Source: an uncultured bacterium
Lineage (GTDB): Bacteria; Zixibacteria; MSB-5A5; CAIYYT01
Direction of reading: 5' to 3'
Assembly: GCA_963726455.1 (NCBI GenBank)
Contig: CAVSCK010000004.1
Location: 928,001-992,000, forward strand
DNA: 64,000 bases
Positions 40,637 to 50,890 of the stretch are shown in pieces. Each line of letters begins with the position of its first letter. The first letter of the stretch is position 1. The notes below the pieces were generated by a model, which saw only the letters and a program-made list of their open reading frames with translations, was not told where the DNA came from and did no database searches. The position numbers and the translations under genes are program-made.

Positions 40637-41378
40637 CGTCAGTAACGTCACCAAGAATTTCGGCGGACTGAAAGCCGTTGCCGATCTCTGCATGAAAGCC
40701 GACACCCATGAAATCGTCGGACTGATCGGCCCTAACGGCGCCGGAAAGTCGACTCTGTTCAATGTCGTCACCGGCGTTTATCCTCCCGACGAAGGCGAAG
40801 TGCTCTTCAAGGGAATCCGGCTTAATAACCTCGCCTCACACAACGTCGTCAAATCAGGTATCGCCCGTACCTTTCAGAATATCCGGCTCTTTCCCGAAAT
40901 GACCGCCACCGAGAACGTCATGGTCGGACGCCATTGCCGTACCAAGGCCGATCTCTTTCAGGCATTGCTCCACACTCGGTCGTTCACTCGTGAGGAGGCC
41001 GAGATCGAACAGAGCGCCAAGGAGATGCTCGACTTCGTCGGCCTGCTCAAATTCGGCAACGATATCGTTAAGAATCTTCCCTACGGCAGCCAGCGCCGCA
41101 TCGAAATCGCGCGCGCACTCGCCACCGAACCATCATTGCTCTTGCTGGACGAACCCACTGCCGGCATGAATCCGCGCGAATGTAATGATCTCGTCGAGCT
41201 GGTCGAAAAGATCAGGAAGCGCGGTGTCGCCGTCGTCATCATCGAACATCGCATGAATGTCGTCATGTCGCTGTCCGATCGTGTGGTTGTGCTCGACTAT
41301 GGCGTCAAGATCGCCGAGGGCAAACCCGAGGAAGTCCAGCGCGACCCCAAAGTTATCGAGGCCTACCTGGGTTCCTAA
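40626..41378 (+). CDS. livG: Branched-chain amino acid ABC ATP-binding protein
   Basis: GPNGAGKST, ARTFQNIRLF, LPYG.QRR.EIARAL, VIEAYLG. Confidence 0.95.
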   Translation: MLLDVSNVTKNFGGLKAVADLCMKADTHEIVGLIGPNGAGKSTLFNVVTGVYPPDEGEVLFKGIRLNNLASHNVVKSGIARTFQNIRLFPEMTATENVMVGRHCRTKADLFQALLHTRSFTREEAEIEQSAKEMLDFVGLLKFGNDIVKNLPYGSQRRIEIARALATEPSLLLLDEPTAGMNPRECNDLVELVEKIRKRGVAVVIIEHRMNVVMSLSDRVVVLDYGVKIAEGKPEEVQRDPKVIEAYLGS

Positions 41379-41396
41379 AGCCCGAGGGATGAATTC

Positions 41397-42104
41397 ATGT
41401 TGTTGGAAGTCGATCAGATTCAAGTCTACTACGATCAAATCGCGGCTCTCAAAGGCGTCTCGCTCAATCTGAATCGCGGCGAAATTCTGGCCATCATCGG
41501 CGCCAACGGCGCCGGCAAGACCACCTTGATCAACACGATTTCCGGCGTGCTCCATCCGCGCACCGGCTCGATCAAATTCAATGACGAACCGATTCACACC
41601 CTTCCCGCCTGGCGCATTGCCCGCAAAGGTATCGTCCAGATTCCCGAAGGTCGCAAAGTTTTCGCCAAACAAAGCGTGCTGGAAAATCTCGAATTGGGAG
41701 CGTATGCCACCAATGACAAAGCTGTCGTGAAAAACAAAGTTGCGCAGATGTACGAATGGTTCCCGGTCTTGAGCGAGCGCCGCAATCAACTTTCCGGCAC
41801 CCTCTCCGGTGGCGAACAACAGATGCTCGCCATTGCGCGCGGTCTTATGGCCAGCCCCGAACTCCTGATGTTCGACGAACCATCTATGGGACTTTCGCCC
41901 GTCATGGTTGAGAAAGTTTTTCAGATCATTCAAAACATCAACCAGCAGGGTCACACCATTCTCCTCGTCGAACAGAATGCGAAAAAGTCCTTGCAGATTG
42001 CCGATCGCGCCTATGTGCTCGAAACCGGAAAGATCGTATTGAGCGACACCGCCGCCAAACTCCTCGAAAACGAACAAGTCAAACAGGCCTATTTGGGCGG
42101 CTGA
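41397..42104 (+). CDS. livF: Branched-chain amino acid ABC ATP-binding protein
   Basis: GANGAGKTT, PEGR, LSGGEQQMLAIAR, LVEQNA, AYLGG. Confidence 0.95.
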   Translation: MLLEVDQIQVYYDQIAALKGVSLNLNRGEILAIIGANGAGKTTLINTISGVLHPRTGSIKFNDEPIHTLPAWRIARKGIVQIPEGRKVFAKQSVLENLELGAYATNDKAVVKNKVAQMYEWFPVLSERRNQLSGTLSGGEQQMLAIARGLMASPELLMFDEPSMGLSPVMVEKVFQIIQNINQQGHTILLVEQNAKKSLQIADRAYVLETGKIVLSDTAAKLLENEQVKQAYLGG

Positions 42105-42112
42105 GAATACTT

Positions 42113-43048
42113 ATGCAAATCGTCACTTATAACGACCTCGAAGACAAAACCGATCTCTTCAATATCTGGGGAAAATCCTTCAATTGGTTTTGCACTCCGC
42201 GCCAGATGGATTCTTGGATCAAGACCGATTTCCGTCTGCGTGGCACGCCCGTCGGTTATTGCGGTTTGATCGACGGCAACATTGCCGGTTTCGTCGGTGT
42301 CATGGAAATTCCGACTCGCAACAAGAACGGTGAGACCGAGATTATCGGTGGCATCTGGGCTGTCAGTACGCGTCCGATGTACGCCCGTCAGGGTGTCGGC
42401 GGCAAACTCCTGGAGGCCGCTGAGAACTACTTTCGTGAGCGCGGCTTCCGGCTCTCCATGCTGACGACTTCACAATATCTGATTGCGCATCGCGGTTATG
42501 TTTCCTTTGGATATCGGGAGATCGAAGCCGTCAACAACTTGCCGCACTTTTACAAAGTCCCGCGTCGCCTTGCAAAATCCGATCCGTTTGCCGTAGCCAA
42601 AAAGGGGAAGGCCGCCAAATCATTCCTGCACGACATCGGCGTTCTGTTCGACAAATACACGCACAACCGTTGTGGCTTCACTATTCGCGACGCCGGTCTG
42701 ATGAAACAGCGCGAACAACTCGGCTATTTCGAACCGGACATCTCTCCCTTACTCGACAATGGCTACCTTCTCGCCTATCGACAACTCGGTTCGATCATCA
42801 TTCTTGAAGTCATCAGCTTCGACAAAAAGACTGCGCGCGAGCTTTTGCGTCTGGCGAGCGGCTGGTCCACTGCCGGAATCGGCGCGCGCTACGTATTCGA
42901 TCCCAACGTCGCCGAACTGTTATCAAAATCCGGCTTCCGCCAGGACCCCGGCTCTTACGGTGTCCTCATGGTCAAATCCCTCGACGGCACCTCTTTCACC
43001 GACGTCTACGACAGCTCCTTCCTTTACAGCAGCATGGACGCTTTCTAA
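42113..43048 (+). CDS. GNAT-family acetyltransferase
   Basis: Motif A VSTRP.YARQGVGGKLL; Y..FGY. Confidence 0.8.
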   Translation: MQIVTYNDLEDKTDLFNIWGKSFNWFCTPRQMDSWIKTDFRLRGTPVGYCGLIDGNIAGFVGVMEIPTRNKNGETEIIGGIWAVSTRPMYARQGVGGKLLEAAENYFRERGFRLSMLTTSQYLIAHRGYVSFGYREIEAVNNLPHFYKVPRRLAKSDPFAVAKKGKAAKSFLHDIGVLFDKYTHNRCGFTIRDAGLMKQREQLGYFEPDISPLLDNGYLLAYRQLGSIIILEVISFDKKTARELLRLASGWSTAGIGARYVFDPNVAELLSKSGFRQDPGSYGVLMVKSLDGTSFTDVYDSSFLYSSMDAF

Positions 43049-43072
43049 CTCTCGTATCATCACTCTCTTCCA

Positions 43073-43669
43073 ATAGGACGAACATTCTCCGTTTGGGCAG
43101 TTCCAATTTCTCTTCCCCTCGCCCTTCGGGAGAGGGGCCAGGGGTGAGGGTCTTCATTAGCTCCGCCGGTCGGCGTTCCGAGTCCCATGCCTGCACCAAC
43201 AACTACCTCTCCCACAACCTGCCGTGATTCCTATCAAACTCGTCTCCATCACCACGGGACGAGAAACCCGACATCCATTTCGCTCACGAGTCCGGCAAAC
43301 CCTGCGCTTGCTCAGTAGGACGAACATTCCTGTTTGTCTCTTCCACGTCTGCCCTTTGTTCCGCCCCACAACCAGACAAGCAGGAATGCTTATCCTACTC
43401 TTCTTCCCCTCGCCCTTTGGGAGAGGGCCAGGGGGTGAGGGTCTTCATTAGCTCCGTAGGTCGGCGTTCCGAGTCCCATGCTTCCGTACATCATTCGAAT
43501 GTTGCCAACACCCGCGCCGATATTTTGACACGCCCCCATAACACCACGGGACGAGAAACCCGACATTCATTTCGCTCACGAGTCCGGCAAACCCTTCGCT
43601 TGCCCAGTAGGTTGAACATTCCCGTTTGACCTTCCCCTCGCCCTTTGGGAGAGGGGCCAGGGGTGAGGG
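43073..43669 (+). repeat. Mosaic REP cluster with about 290-bp tandem duplication
   Basis: G-rich hairpins at 43115, 43406, 43634; GTAG REPs at 43315 (inverted partner 43373-43398) and 43607; ACCACGGGACGAGAAACCCGACAT...CCGGCAAACCCT block duplicated. Confidence 0.85.
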
Positions 43670-43682
43670 TTTTCGCTCCAAC

Positions 43683-43716
43683 AAAAAAGCCCCTCTCCGT
43701 CTCCGGAAAGGGGCTT
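43683..43716 (-). terminator. Intrinsic terminator
   Basis: AAGCCCCT...AGGGGCTT stem with T6 on the minus strand. Confidence 0.75.
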
Positions 43717-43732
43717 AACTCAATTCGTCTAT

Positions 43733-45688
43733 CTATCGCTTCTCAAGCAATATCATCGTGTTCTTCGGTTTGTCAAAATCGTCGAACACTTTCTTGAACT
43801 GCGGATATTCATCCGTCGTGATATCCTTGTCGGTAAGGGTCACCGACGACGAAAACTTCACTGACGTGCTATCCGGACTCAGCGTGTACGCGGCCTCCCA
43901 AATTCCAAACTGGTTCTGCACCTTTTGTGGCTCGGGAACATACACGGCTTTGAATCCGCTCGGCAGACTGATCACCCCTTCATTCTTAACCAACATCCCT
44001 GAGTTGAAAACGAAGTCGTAAGTTCTCACCGACTCACCCGGATTCACCGGCATTTTCGCAAATCCAAACGGCGGCTCCGGAACCGTCATGATCATCATGT
44101 CGCCCTGCACCACTCCCATTTCCGGAGTGGCAAACGTCTGTGCAATCTTGACTGCCTGAGTCAGGTCTTTCAAATCGGTCTTCTCGTTGTTGACGCTGCG
44201 GCTTCCTTCTCCGACGGCATTGGCCGATCTCTGGAAGAACTGCTCCGCTTCCTGCTTCGTGGCATCTTTCAACCGCGCGCGCGCGTTGATATCGAACAAC
44301 CCGCTCAGCTCGCAACCGACCTTGCCGTCGACATCACCATTCGGCTTAACCGTTAACTCAAACCGCGTCGCCGACAGGTTCGCGTCAGGCGTCGTCTCCG
44401 GTATCTGTTTCAGTTCGTAGCCATCCGGCTTCACCAACAGCCCCGTGCATCCCTGTGCGTCGGACAGGTAACCGAAATAGCTGTCATCGGCGAACGTATT
44501 CACCCAGAGCGGCTTTCCCTGATAACTCGGCACATACACGAACAGCGCATTGAACTGCCCTAAGCTCGGAAACTCCTGTGCCAACGGTGGCGCGTCCAGA
44601 TGTACGAATTCCGGATAACACTCGACGCCGGCAGTTCTCAACATCGACACCAGCAATACGGTTTTGTCGCGCCAGTCGCCATACTTGTTCGCCAGTACCA
44701 CATCGGCATCGTGCGGTTCGTAACCCGCCATTCCTAACGGCAGCGAGTACTCGGCCACACCGCGAATGTCCTTGATCACATACAGCGACATCTTGCGAAT
44801 CTTCTCATCGGCGGTTGTCGCACCCTTGGTCAATTCGGTGACCTTATCCGCGATCGCGCCATCCGTCTTGACATGCGGGCCGAATTTTCCCTCGTACCAC
44901 TTCGCCAATTGTCCCCAATCCGTCTGATTGGTGTAAATCAATCGCGGCGCCATCTTGATCACCTTGGGCATATAGGGCTCCTCGATGATCTGTGCCGAAT
45001 TATCGATCTGCCACGTGTGCTCGATCATGCCGTTATCGGTCGCTGTGCTGTAATCCAATCCCTCGTTTTGGTAGGTGTACTTGACATCGATCCCTTGCGG
45101 CACGATCACCGTCATTTCTTTGTGCTTGATCGGGTCCATCGCTTGGAACAGGTCACCACCCCACACAAAGAAATCTTCCGGCTTCTCCGGCGCCTTCGAA
45201 TAAACGCGCAGCTTCAGTTCCAAACTCACTCCCGGCGCCATGCCTGGGAAATTGATCACCTTCTGCATGATGTTCGAGTAGATCGATGCATTCGCCAGAT
45301 CGGCCGGCGTCAAGTCGTTGATCGCCTTGGCTTCCACCGGCATTACCGTGCCGTCTTTCAGGTACGTCACCGCTTTGATCACGACGATGCTGTCAGTATC
45401 CTTATTATACCGCCGCTTGACGTCCCCGTACTCGTCGCGAGCGCGATCTTTGAGAATCTTGACTACCAGATGTTCGTCCACCGTCGCGCTATGATCCGGA
45501 TTAACCGTACTGATCCTCTGCAGTAACAAAACCACCGCGCCTGCTTGCGGGAACTGCTGCTCACCCGGAGCATTCTTGATCATCTCGGCCACATCGGCAT
45601 CGGTATACAGCTTGACCGCCGAAACGTTCGTTGACAACAATGCGAAGGCCGCAATCGCTATAATGAAAATCATCTTCTTCATATGCAT
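43733..45688 (-). CDS. DUF3857/transglutaminase-like secreted protein, probably catalytically inactive
   Basis: YGDWRDKT (Trp where the Cys is expected) and FNA (His absent). Confidence 0.85.
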   Translation of the reverse strand: MHMKKMIFIIAIAAFALLSTNVSAVKLYTDADVAEMIKNAPGEQQFPQAGAVVLLLQRISTVNPDHSATVDEHLVVKILKDRARDEYGDVKRRYNKDTDSIVVIKAVTYLKDGTVMPVEAKAINDLTPADLANASIYSNIMQKVINFPGMAPGVSLELKLRVYSKAPEKPEDFFVWGGDLFQAMDPIKHKEMTVIVPQGIDVKYTYQNEGLDYSTATDNGMIEHTWQIDNSAQIIEEPYMPKVIKMAPRLIYTNQTDWGQLAKWYEGKFGPHVKTDGAIADKVTELTKGATTADEKIRKMSLYVIKDIRGVAEYSLPLGMAGYEPHDADVVLANKYGDWRDKTVLLVSMLRTAGVECYPEFVHLDAPPLAQEFPSLGQFNALFVYVPSYQGKPLWVNTFADDSYFGYLSDAQGCTGLLVKPDGYELKQIPETTPDANLSATRFELTVKPNGDVDGKVGCELSGLFDINARARLKDATKQEAEQFFQRSANAVGEGSRSVNNEKTDLKDLTQAVKIAQTFATPEMGVVQGDMMIMTVPEPPFGFAKMPVNPGESVRTYDFVFNSGMLVKNEGVISLPSGFKAVYVPEPQKVQNQFGIWEAAYTLSPDSTSVKFSSSVTLTDKDITTDEYPQFKKVFDDFDKPKNTMILLEKR

Positions 45689-45712
45689 TTATTCCTGATT
45701 GGCTTCCCCTGC

Positions 45713-47699
45713 CTAATTTTCCTTTTCCTTGACCATGATAATCTCACCGCGCTGCGCTTTGGATGACGCCAGCAGCACTTGCTTCAACTGCGCATATTCC
45801 GCCGGCGACATCTGCTTTGCATCGATCAACAACCGCTTCTGATAGGTCACCTGCGTGCCGCCGCTCGGCACGTCCTTCGTGACCGCGGAATTGTAGGTCA
45901 TCTTGTACGTAATCTTGCCGACGTTCTTGGAGATTGGATCCGGCACCGACTTGATCGCCAGTCCCGGCGGCAGATTGATCGTCTCTTCCTCATCCGCGCC
46001 AAACGAGAATCCCAGGTTCCACGGATATTTCCGCTCCGGCAACGATGTCGAAGTCAGCACGAACTTGGAAATAATCTCGAAAAATCCCAGCGACACCGGG
46101 CTTTTCATCAGCACGAACTTGCCCGCTTCCATCGGGTAATTGTCGATCTGGTAGCTCAGCTTCACCTCGAACGGCTTGTTCAGGTCGCTCGCATCTGAGA
46201 AGCTAAAGGCCGTCAACCGCGTTCCCGGATAGATTGATTGCAGCAGATAGTTCCAAATTAGCTTCGCTTGTGCTTCGGGCATCGACTTTGCCCACGACCG
46301 CAACGCCAGGTCATAAATCCCTTTGGTCGCTATCGTCACATCCGAAGTAAACAATCCCGCCTCCGTCAAATTCGACGTCGCCTTGATCGTCCCCATATTG
46401 TTCTCCGCCGGAGAATGCGGCGTATCCGTCAGCGTGTTGCCCTGCTTGGTGCACAACAACACCTGTTGTTCCATCTCCGCCGATGACAACAGATCCACCG
46501 AATTCTGCATGGTCGGATCGGCGAAATAGTAACCGCCCTTGTCGTCCTTGATCGCGACTATCGCATGATTGAACGACATCACCGGCATCGCCTTCGGCAC
46601 TTGGTAGCCGACACCCGTCAGTACGATCTCCGACTCAATTCCCGCCTGACGGCACATCGCCACCATCAGCGCCGCCACGTCGCGGCAGACACCATATTTT
46701 GTGCGGAACGTTTCGACTACTGGCTTCGGCTCCAGGCCTTTCTTCTTGCCGGTGCCGAGCCCCATGTATCTCACATTCTGCGTTATGTAGCGATAGATTG
46801 CCGTCACCTTCTCATCCTTGGTCTGCTTGTCCGCAACCAACGACGCCACCTCCGCCTTCAACGAATCGTTCATGGCATATTTGGATTCCGCAATTCCGTT
46901 CCACCAGCGGCTCATATCCTCCCACGATTGCAGCGTGGTGTAAGTCACCGTCGGCACTACATCCTGCAGCGCCGGCATCGCCGGTTCGGCAACAATCTGC
47001 GGCACGTCTTCGGCCCACCAACTGTAGGTGACCTTGTCCCCCTTCTCATTCTTCGAAAACTTCGGGTCACCGTTGCGGGCCAGATGCCGTAGCGGCTTGT
47101 TCTTCGGCCCGGTGATATTGTATTCGGCTCTCATTATATAATCAAACGCCTGAAATCCCGCGATTCCGTCGAACTCGTTTTCCATCGGCGCGTGAAATAT
47201 GCTGTCCACCGTTTGGTATTCCACGCAATCGCCGATCTCCAGATTCTTGAATGTAATGATCTTCGTCTTGCCGTCCGGCTCGTAAATGTTCATCTCTTCG
47301 CTGGAGGTCGAATTGATATCCTTGATCATATCCTCCGGCACATCCACCACTGAACCGTCCGCCTTGATCACCCGCGCCAATTCAACTCGCACGGTATCGT
47401 AGGCGCGGTAGTAGTTGACCTGCGCCTCACCATGGTCTTCGAGACCCGCTTGCGTCAGAACCTTCACCAGCGAGTAGTTTCGTGAAACCGCGCGGCCGTC
47501 GGCCTGATACTCGGCGTCTGTCTTGTCTAGAATAATGATCGCGTTCGCATCACTGCTCTTCGCCTTGGCATCCGCCTTGGAAATCAGATTCCAGCGTTTC
47601 CTTGCTGACCTGTGATGCTTTCATCGGCTGCGGCACTGCAATGAGCGCCACCAATCCGACCACGAGCAACAACATTGCCGCTCTCGAAATGCATTTCAT
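45713..47699 (-). CDS. DUF3857/transglutaminase-like secreted protein; +1 frameshift near 47590
   Basis: YGVCRD / FNHAI / DPT triad; signal peptide MKCISRAAMLLLVVGLVALIA is in another frame, and the main frame stays open upstream of 47467 (LISKADAKAKSSDANAIIILD). Confidence 0.85.
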
Positions 47700-48307
47700 T
47701 GGCTGTTCCTTTCTCATTCTATTTTGAAGATCGTACAAATTTCTTGATCTCGAAAGTCTGGCTGGCATTTGTGCGATTCCTTGCTGATTCGATCAGTCTC
47801 CGGCACTCTTCACAGCAACTGCCCGAAATCGAGTAATTCCACACTCTGCCGGCTATAGCTCGTTTTGTACACACGCACATCGGTGCTTCACATCCCACCA
47901 GGCGTTCCGATCCTATGCCTTCAAGACTAACCGCGCGGCAACGTCTATCATAATCGCCGATTCGAGCATAGCCGCTCCGTAACCCGGCTTGACGTCTCCT
48001 TCGCAGCGCCTCTGGTACGACATGCAAATATCGGCCTAACATCGGTACGTCCATCGTTGTGCGCCTGAACGCCAATCGCGTCTGTCAACTCGGTGCGCGG
48101 CAGTCGTCCTCGCCTGCCGGATCCTGTCTGCTTCTCTTCTTTCATTCCCGCGGTCGACCGAAATAATTTCCTGCCCCAACGTCAGTGGTCCCCATCTTCT
48201 TAACCACCTCTGTCGGTCCGCCGGGGCCTTTATAATATATAATGACATACGGCAAAAGCGCTACGAGGTTCTGCAAAATAACGGAAACACTGGCGACCGC
48301 TTTTTCC

Positions 48308-48367
48308 CGGCATTGTGAGTCGTCAGGCGTGGTGGGAGGATGTGTGGGGGTGACGACGAAGCAATCT
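48308..48367 (+). repeat. CATTG(C/T)GAG...CGACGAAGCAATCT repeat element, intergenic copy
   Basis: Ends match copies at 20508 and 55062. Confidence 0.6.
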
Positions 48368-48379
48368 ACCTGCCGCGCC

Positions 48380-50821
48380 TTACTTGCACGGCGCCACTCC
48401 GGAGCCAAATATGTACAGTATGAGGAATACGACGTCGGCTATGTCAACCGTACCGTCGCAATTGGCATCGCCCGCCGCCACTGTCGGAACCGGAGCGGGA
48501 CCATAGTTGAAGATATACTGTATTATGTACGTGGCATCGGCAATATTGATATCGCCGCTACCATTGGGATCGCCATGGTGCGCCATGGCGCTGCAATCAT
48601 ATTTCAACATCCAGTAGCTGTCAGCAACTTTGTCGTTGGCATCCAAAGCACGAGCCCGGATCAGGTAGGTCAGGTCTTCCTGAAAATACGAGACCGGCAA
48701 TGTCGCCTTCCAGCCGTTGATCGGGTCAAAATCCGTCCCAAAGCTGATATAGGTTATAGTCTCTTGCTTGGGATGCATCGCAATTCCGAGATCAATCGGG
48801 TATTTCGTGTTGTTCGGCAAGTATCCCAAAAACATCGAATCTCCCCTGATCAACAAATACGAGTCGCGCAGAAGGCCGCCAATCGGATCATAGTAGGTCA
48901 CCGGAATACTATCTGTAGTGCCCGACTGGTAATTAACCTTCTGCACTCCCAGCCAGTGTCCCCACGGATTCCGAATCGCCAGTGCTACTGTGGCCTGCCT
49001 GCCAAGGTAGTTGGATTTGAACCACTCCCAATTCGGCTTGCGCTTCACATCGGCGACAAACCGATTAGCATGTGTCTTCAAATGCGTCTGCAAACCCGCC
49101 ACTAAATCATCATCCTCGGTGCCTTTGTTGATCCGCGTGTTGAACGTCTGCCCCAGCTTCTCCGCCATTTGCGGTATGGTCAGGAATGTGCTACCGTCCG
49201 CCATCAGTTCGATGTATCCTTTATCATTCCAGTACTTGAAAAAGGATGTGAACAGCGTCGGCGCGCTGTAATATTCGCCGAATTCACCATTATATTCATG
49301 ATTCCCGTCACTCGGATTCCCGTTGGCATCACCGTAATCGTTTCGTTTCAACAATTGCAGATTCCGGTCCTCATAACTCGGCAGATACCGGTAACCGAAA
49401 GTCACGGCAATCGGATTCTCATCCTGAATCGATACCGACACAGTCTCTGCCCCGCAGGTCAACATCTTGTCAGTGCGGCCGGTGAATTTCGGTTCCAATG
49501 GTTTGAGATCGTAATAAGCGGTGATCGTGTCACTGACGAAGGTCGAATCGAAATCCGATATCGACACCCGGAGCAAATAACTCCCCTCCGTCAAATTGTA
49601 TGGCTGCCACACCGTTGACCAGCCCTCTCCTGCCGTCGCCGCCGATACACCGTTCCGCAGAGTTATTTGTCCGTCAAAATCCGATCCGAATTTGTACCAC
49701 TGTCCTGCCTTGAAATACTCGAAATCGGCGCTGGCATAAGCAATCGTGTCGCGCAATTCGCCGACCCAGATAATGTTCCCCGGTAATATTGTCCCCGAAT
49801 CTGCCGGCATGACGAAGCGCGGAATCGGCTGCCGCCCGACTGTTGAATACCCCAGGCTGAATAAGTGGATCGACCCCGGAAAATTGTAATAGTCATTCTG
49901 TGCCAAATCCGTCAGTCCTTGTCCCCAATCATTGTAGTTGATACACAAATATGGTGTCGTATCGAGTGCAATGCCGGGATACATGTTCGACATATCCGTA
50001 CCGTAATAGATGCAAGCAAAATATGGCCCATACACCGGTACCGGCTGCTCTAGCACAATGGCAAACGAATACACGTCCGCAAACGGAATCGTAATACTGT
50101 ACGGATCCGAGATATAAATCAGGTCGTAAGGCACCGGACACGCCGGCGACGAATAGATCGGATCAAGGTTCACCAAAAACACTTGCACCGAAAACGTGCC
50201 GGTATCCTGGAAGGCCAGTGTTTGCCCGATATGGGTCACTACAAATGGATAGGTCGTGTCGCAATTGAAATTGGGAAAGCGCAAATCCTGATAGGCATAG
50301 TAGATCTCGTCGCCCACCAGCCAGTCGTATAACGCCTGCACCGGCTCATTAACATACACCGTGCAATTTGAGGCATAGTTGAACGCCTTGTGCATCGGCG
50401 CTGCCGTTCCCGTCCGGCTGACATCAATTGACTTGATCGTGGGATGCCTTGTCTGCGCTGCCGTTCCCCCCCAGATGCTATCAATTGACATGACCGCAGG
50501 ATGCCCTATCAACGCTGCCGTTCCCGTCCGGCTGACATCAATTGACTTGATCGTGGGATGCCTTGTCTGCGCTGCCGTTCCCCCCCAGATGCTATCAAGT
50601 GACATGACCGCAGGACGCCCTGTCGGCGCCGTCGTTCCCGCCCGACTGGTATCAATTGACTTGATCGTTGGATGCCGCCGCGTCTCCGAATTCTGCTTTC
50701 TCCATTGCGCCTTGCCGGCAACGGGTTTTGTCCCTTTGTCCGATGCCGACAGCCCGCCGTTCAGAACGAATATTCCCAGCGCCAACAGCACCGGCACGAC
50801 AATTCTCGCAATTCGGCTCAT
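48380..50821 (-). CDS. Secreted multidomain protein with N-terminal 19-aa repeats, Ig-like domains, degenerate C39-like domain and dockerin-like tail
   Basis: Signal peptide; HPTIKSID/HPAVMSID repeats; GDPNGSGDINIADATYII...GDANCDGTVDIADVVFLI. Confidence 0.85.
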   Translation of the reverse strand: MSRIARIVVPVLLALGIFVLNGGLSASDKGTKPVAGKAQWRKQNSETRRHPTIKSIDTSRAGTTAPTGRPAVMSLDSIWGGTAAQTRHPTIKSIDVSRTGTAALIGHPAVMSIDSIWGGTAAQTRHPTIKSIDVSRTGTAAPMHKAFNYASNCTVYVNEPVQALYDWLVGDEIYYAYQDLRFPNFNCDTTYPFVVTHIGQTLAFQDTGTFSVQVFLVNLDPIYSSPACPVPYDLIYISDPYSITIPFADVYSFAIVLEQPVPVYGPYFACIYYGTDMSNMYPGIALDTTPYLCINYNDWGQGLTDLAQNDYYNFPGSIHLFSLGYSTVGRQPIPRFVMPADSGTILPGNIIWVGELRDTIAYASADFEYFKAGQWYKFGSDFDGQITLRNGVSAATAGEGWSTVWQPYNLTEGSYLLRVSISDFDSTFVSDTITAYYDLKPLEPKFTGRTDKMLTCGAETVSVSIQDENPIAVTFGYRYLPSYEDRNLQLLKRNDYGDANGNPSDGNHEYNGEFGEYYSAPTLFTSFFKYWNDKGYIELMADGSTFLTIPQMAEKLGQTFNTRINKGTEDDDLVAGLQTHLKTHANRFVADVKRKPNWEWFKSNYLGRQATVALAIRNPWGHWLGVQKVNYQSGTTDSIPVTYYDPIGGLLRDSYLLIRGDSMFLGYLPNNTKYPIDLGIAMHPKQETITYISFGTDFDPINGWKATLPVSYFQEDLTYLIRARALDANDKVADSYWMLKYDCSAMAHHGDPNGSGDINIADATYIIQYIFNYGPAPVPTVAAGDANCDGTVDIADVVFLILYIFGSGVAPCK
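50390..50674 (-). repeat. Coding tandem repeat, 5 x 57 bp in A-B-A-B-A order
   Basis: HPTIKSIDVSRTGTAALIG alternates with HPAVMSIDSIWGGTAAQTR; near identical at DNA level with 114-bp period. Confidence 0.9.
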
Positions 50822-50890
50822 CGCCTATTCTATCGGCTATGACCCTCTCTCCATTCACTCTCGCAATTGCATTGTCAAAATCCCCCCATT

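Noticed and set aside
41133-42077. Long antisense ORFs here and at 4771-5634, 37488-38291, 58489-59355
   Set aside because: Shadow ORFs opposite well-conserved genes
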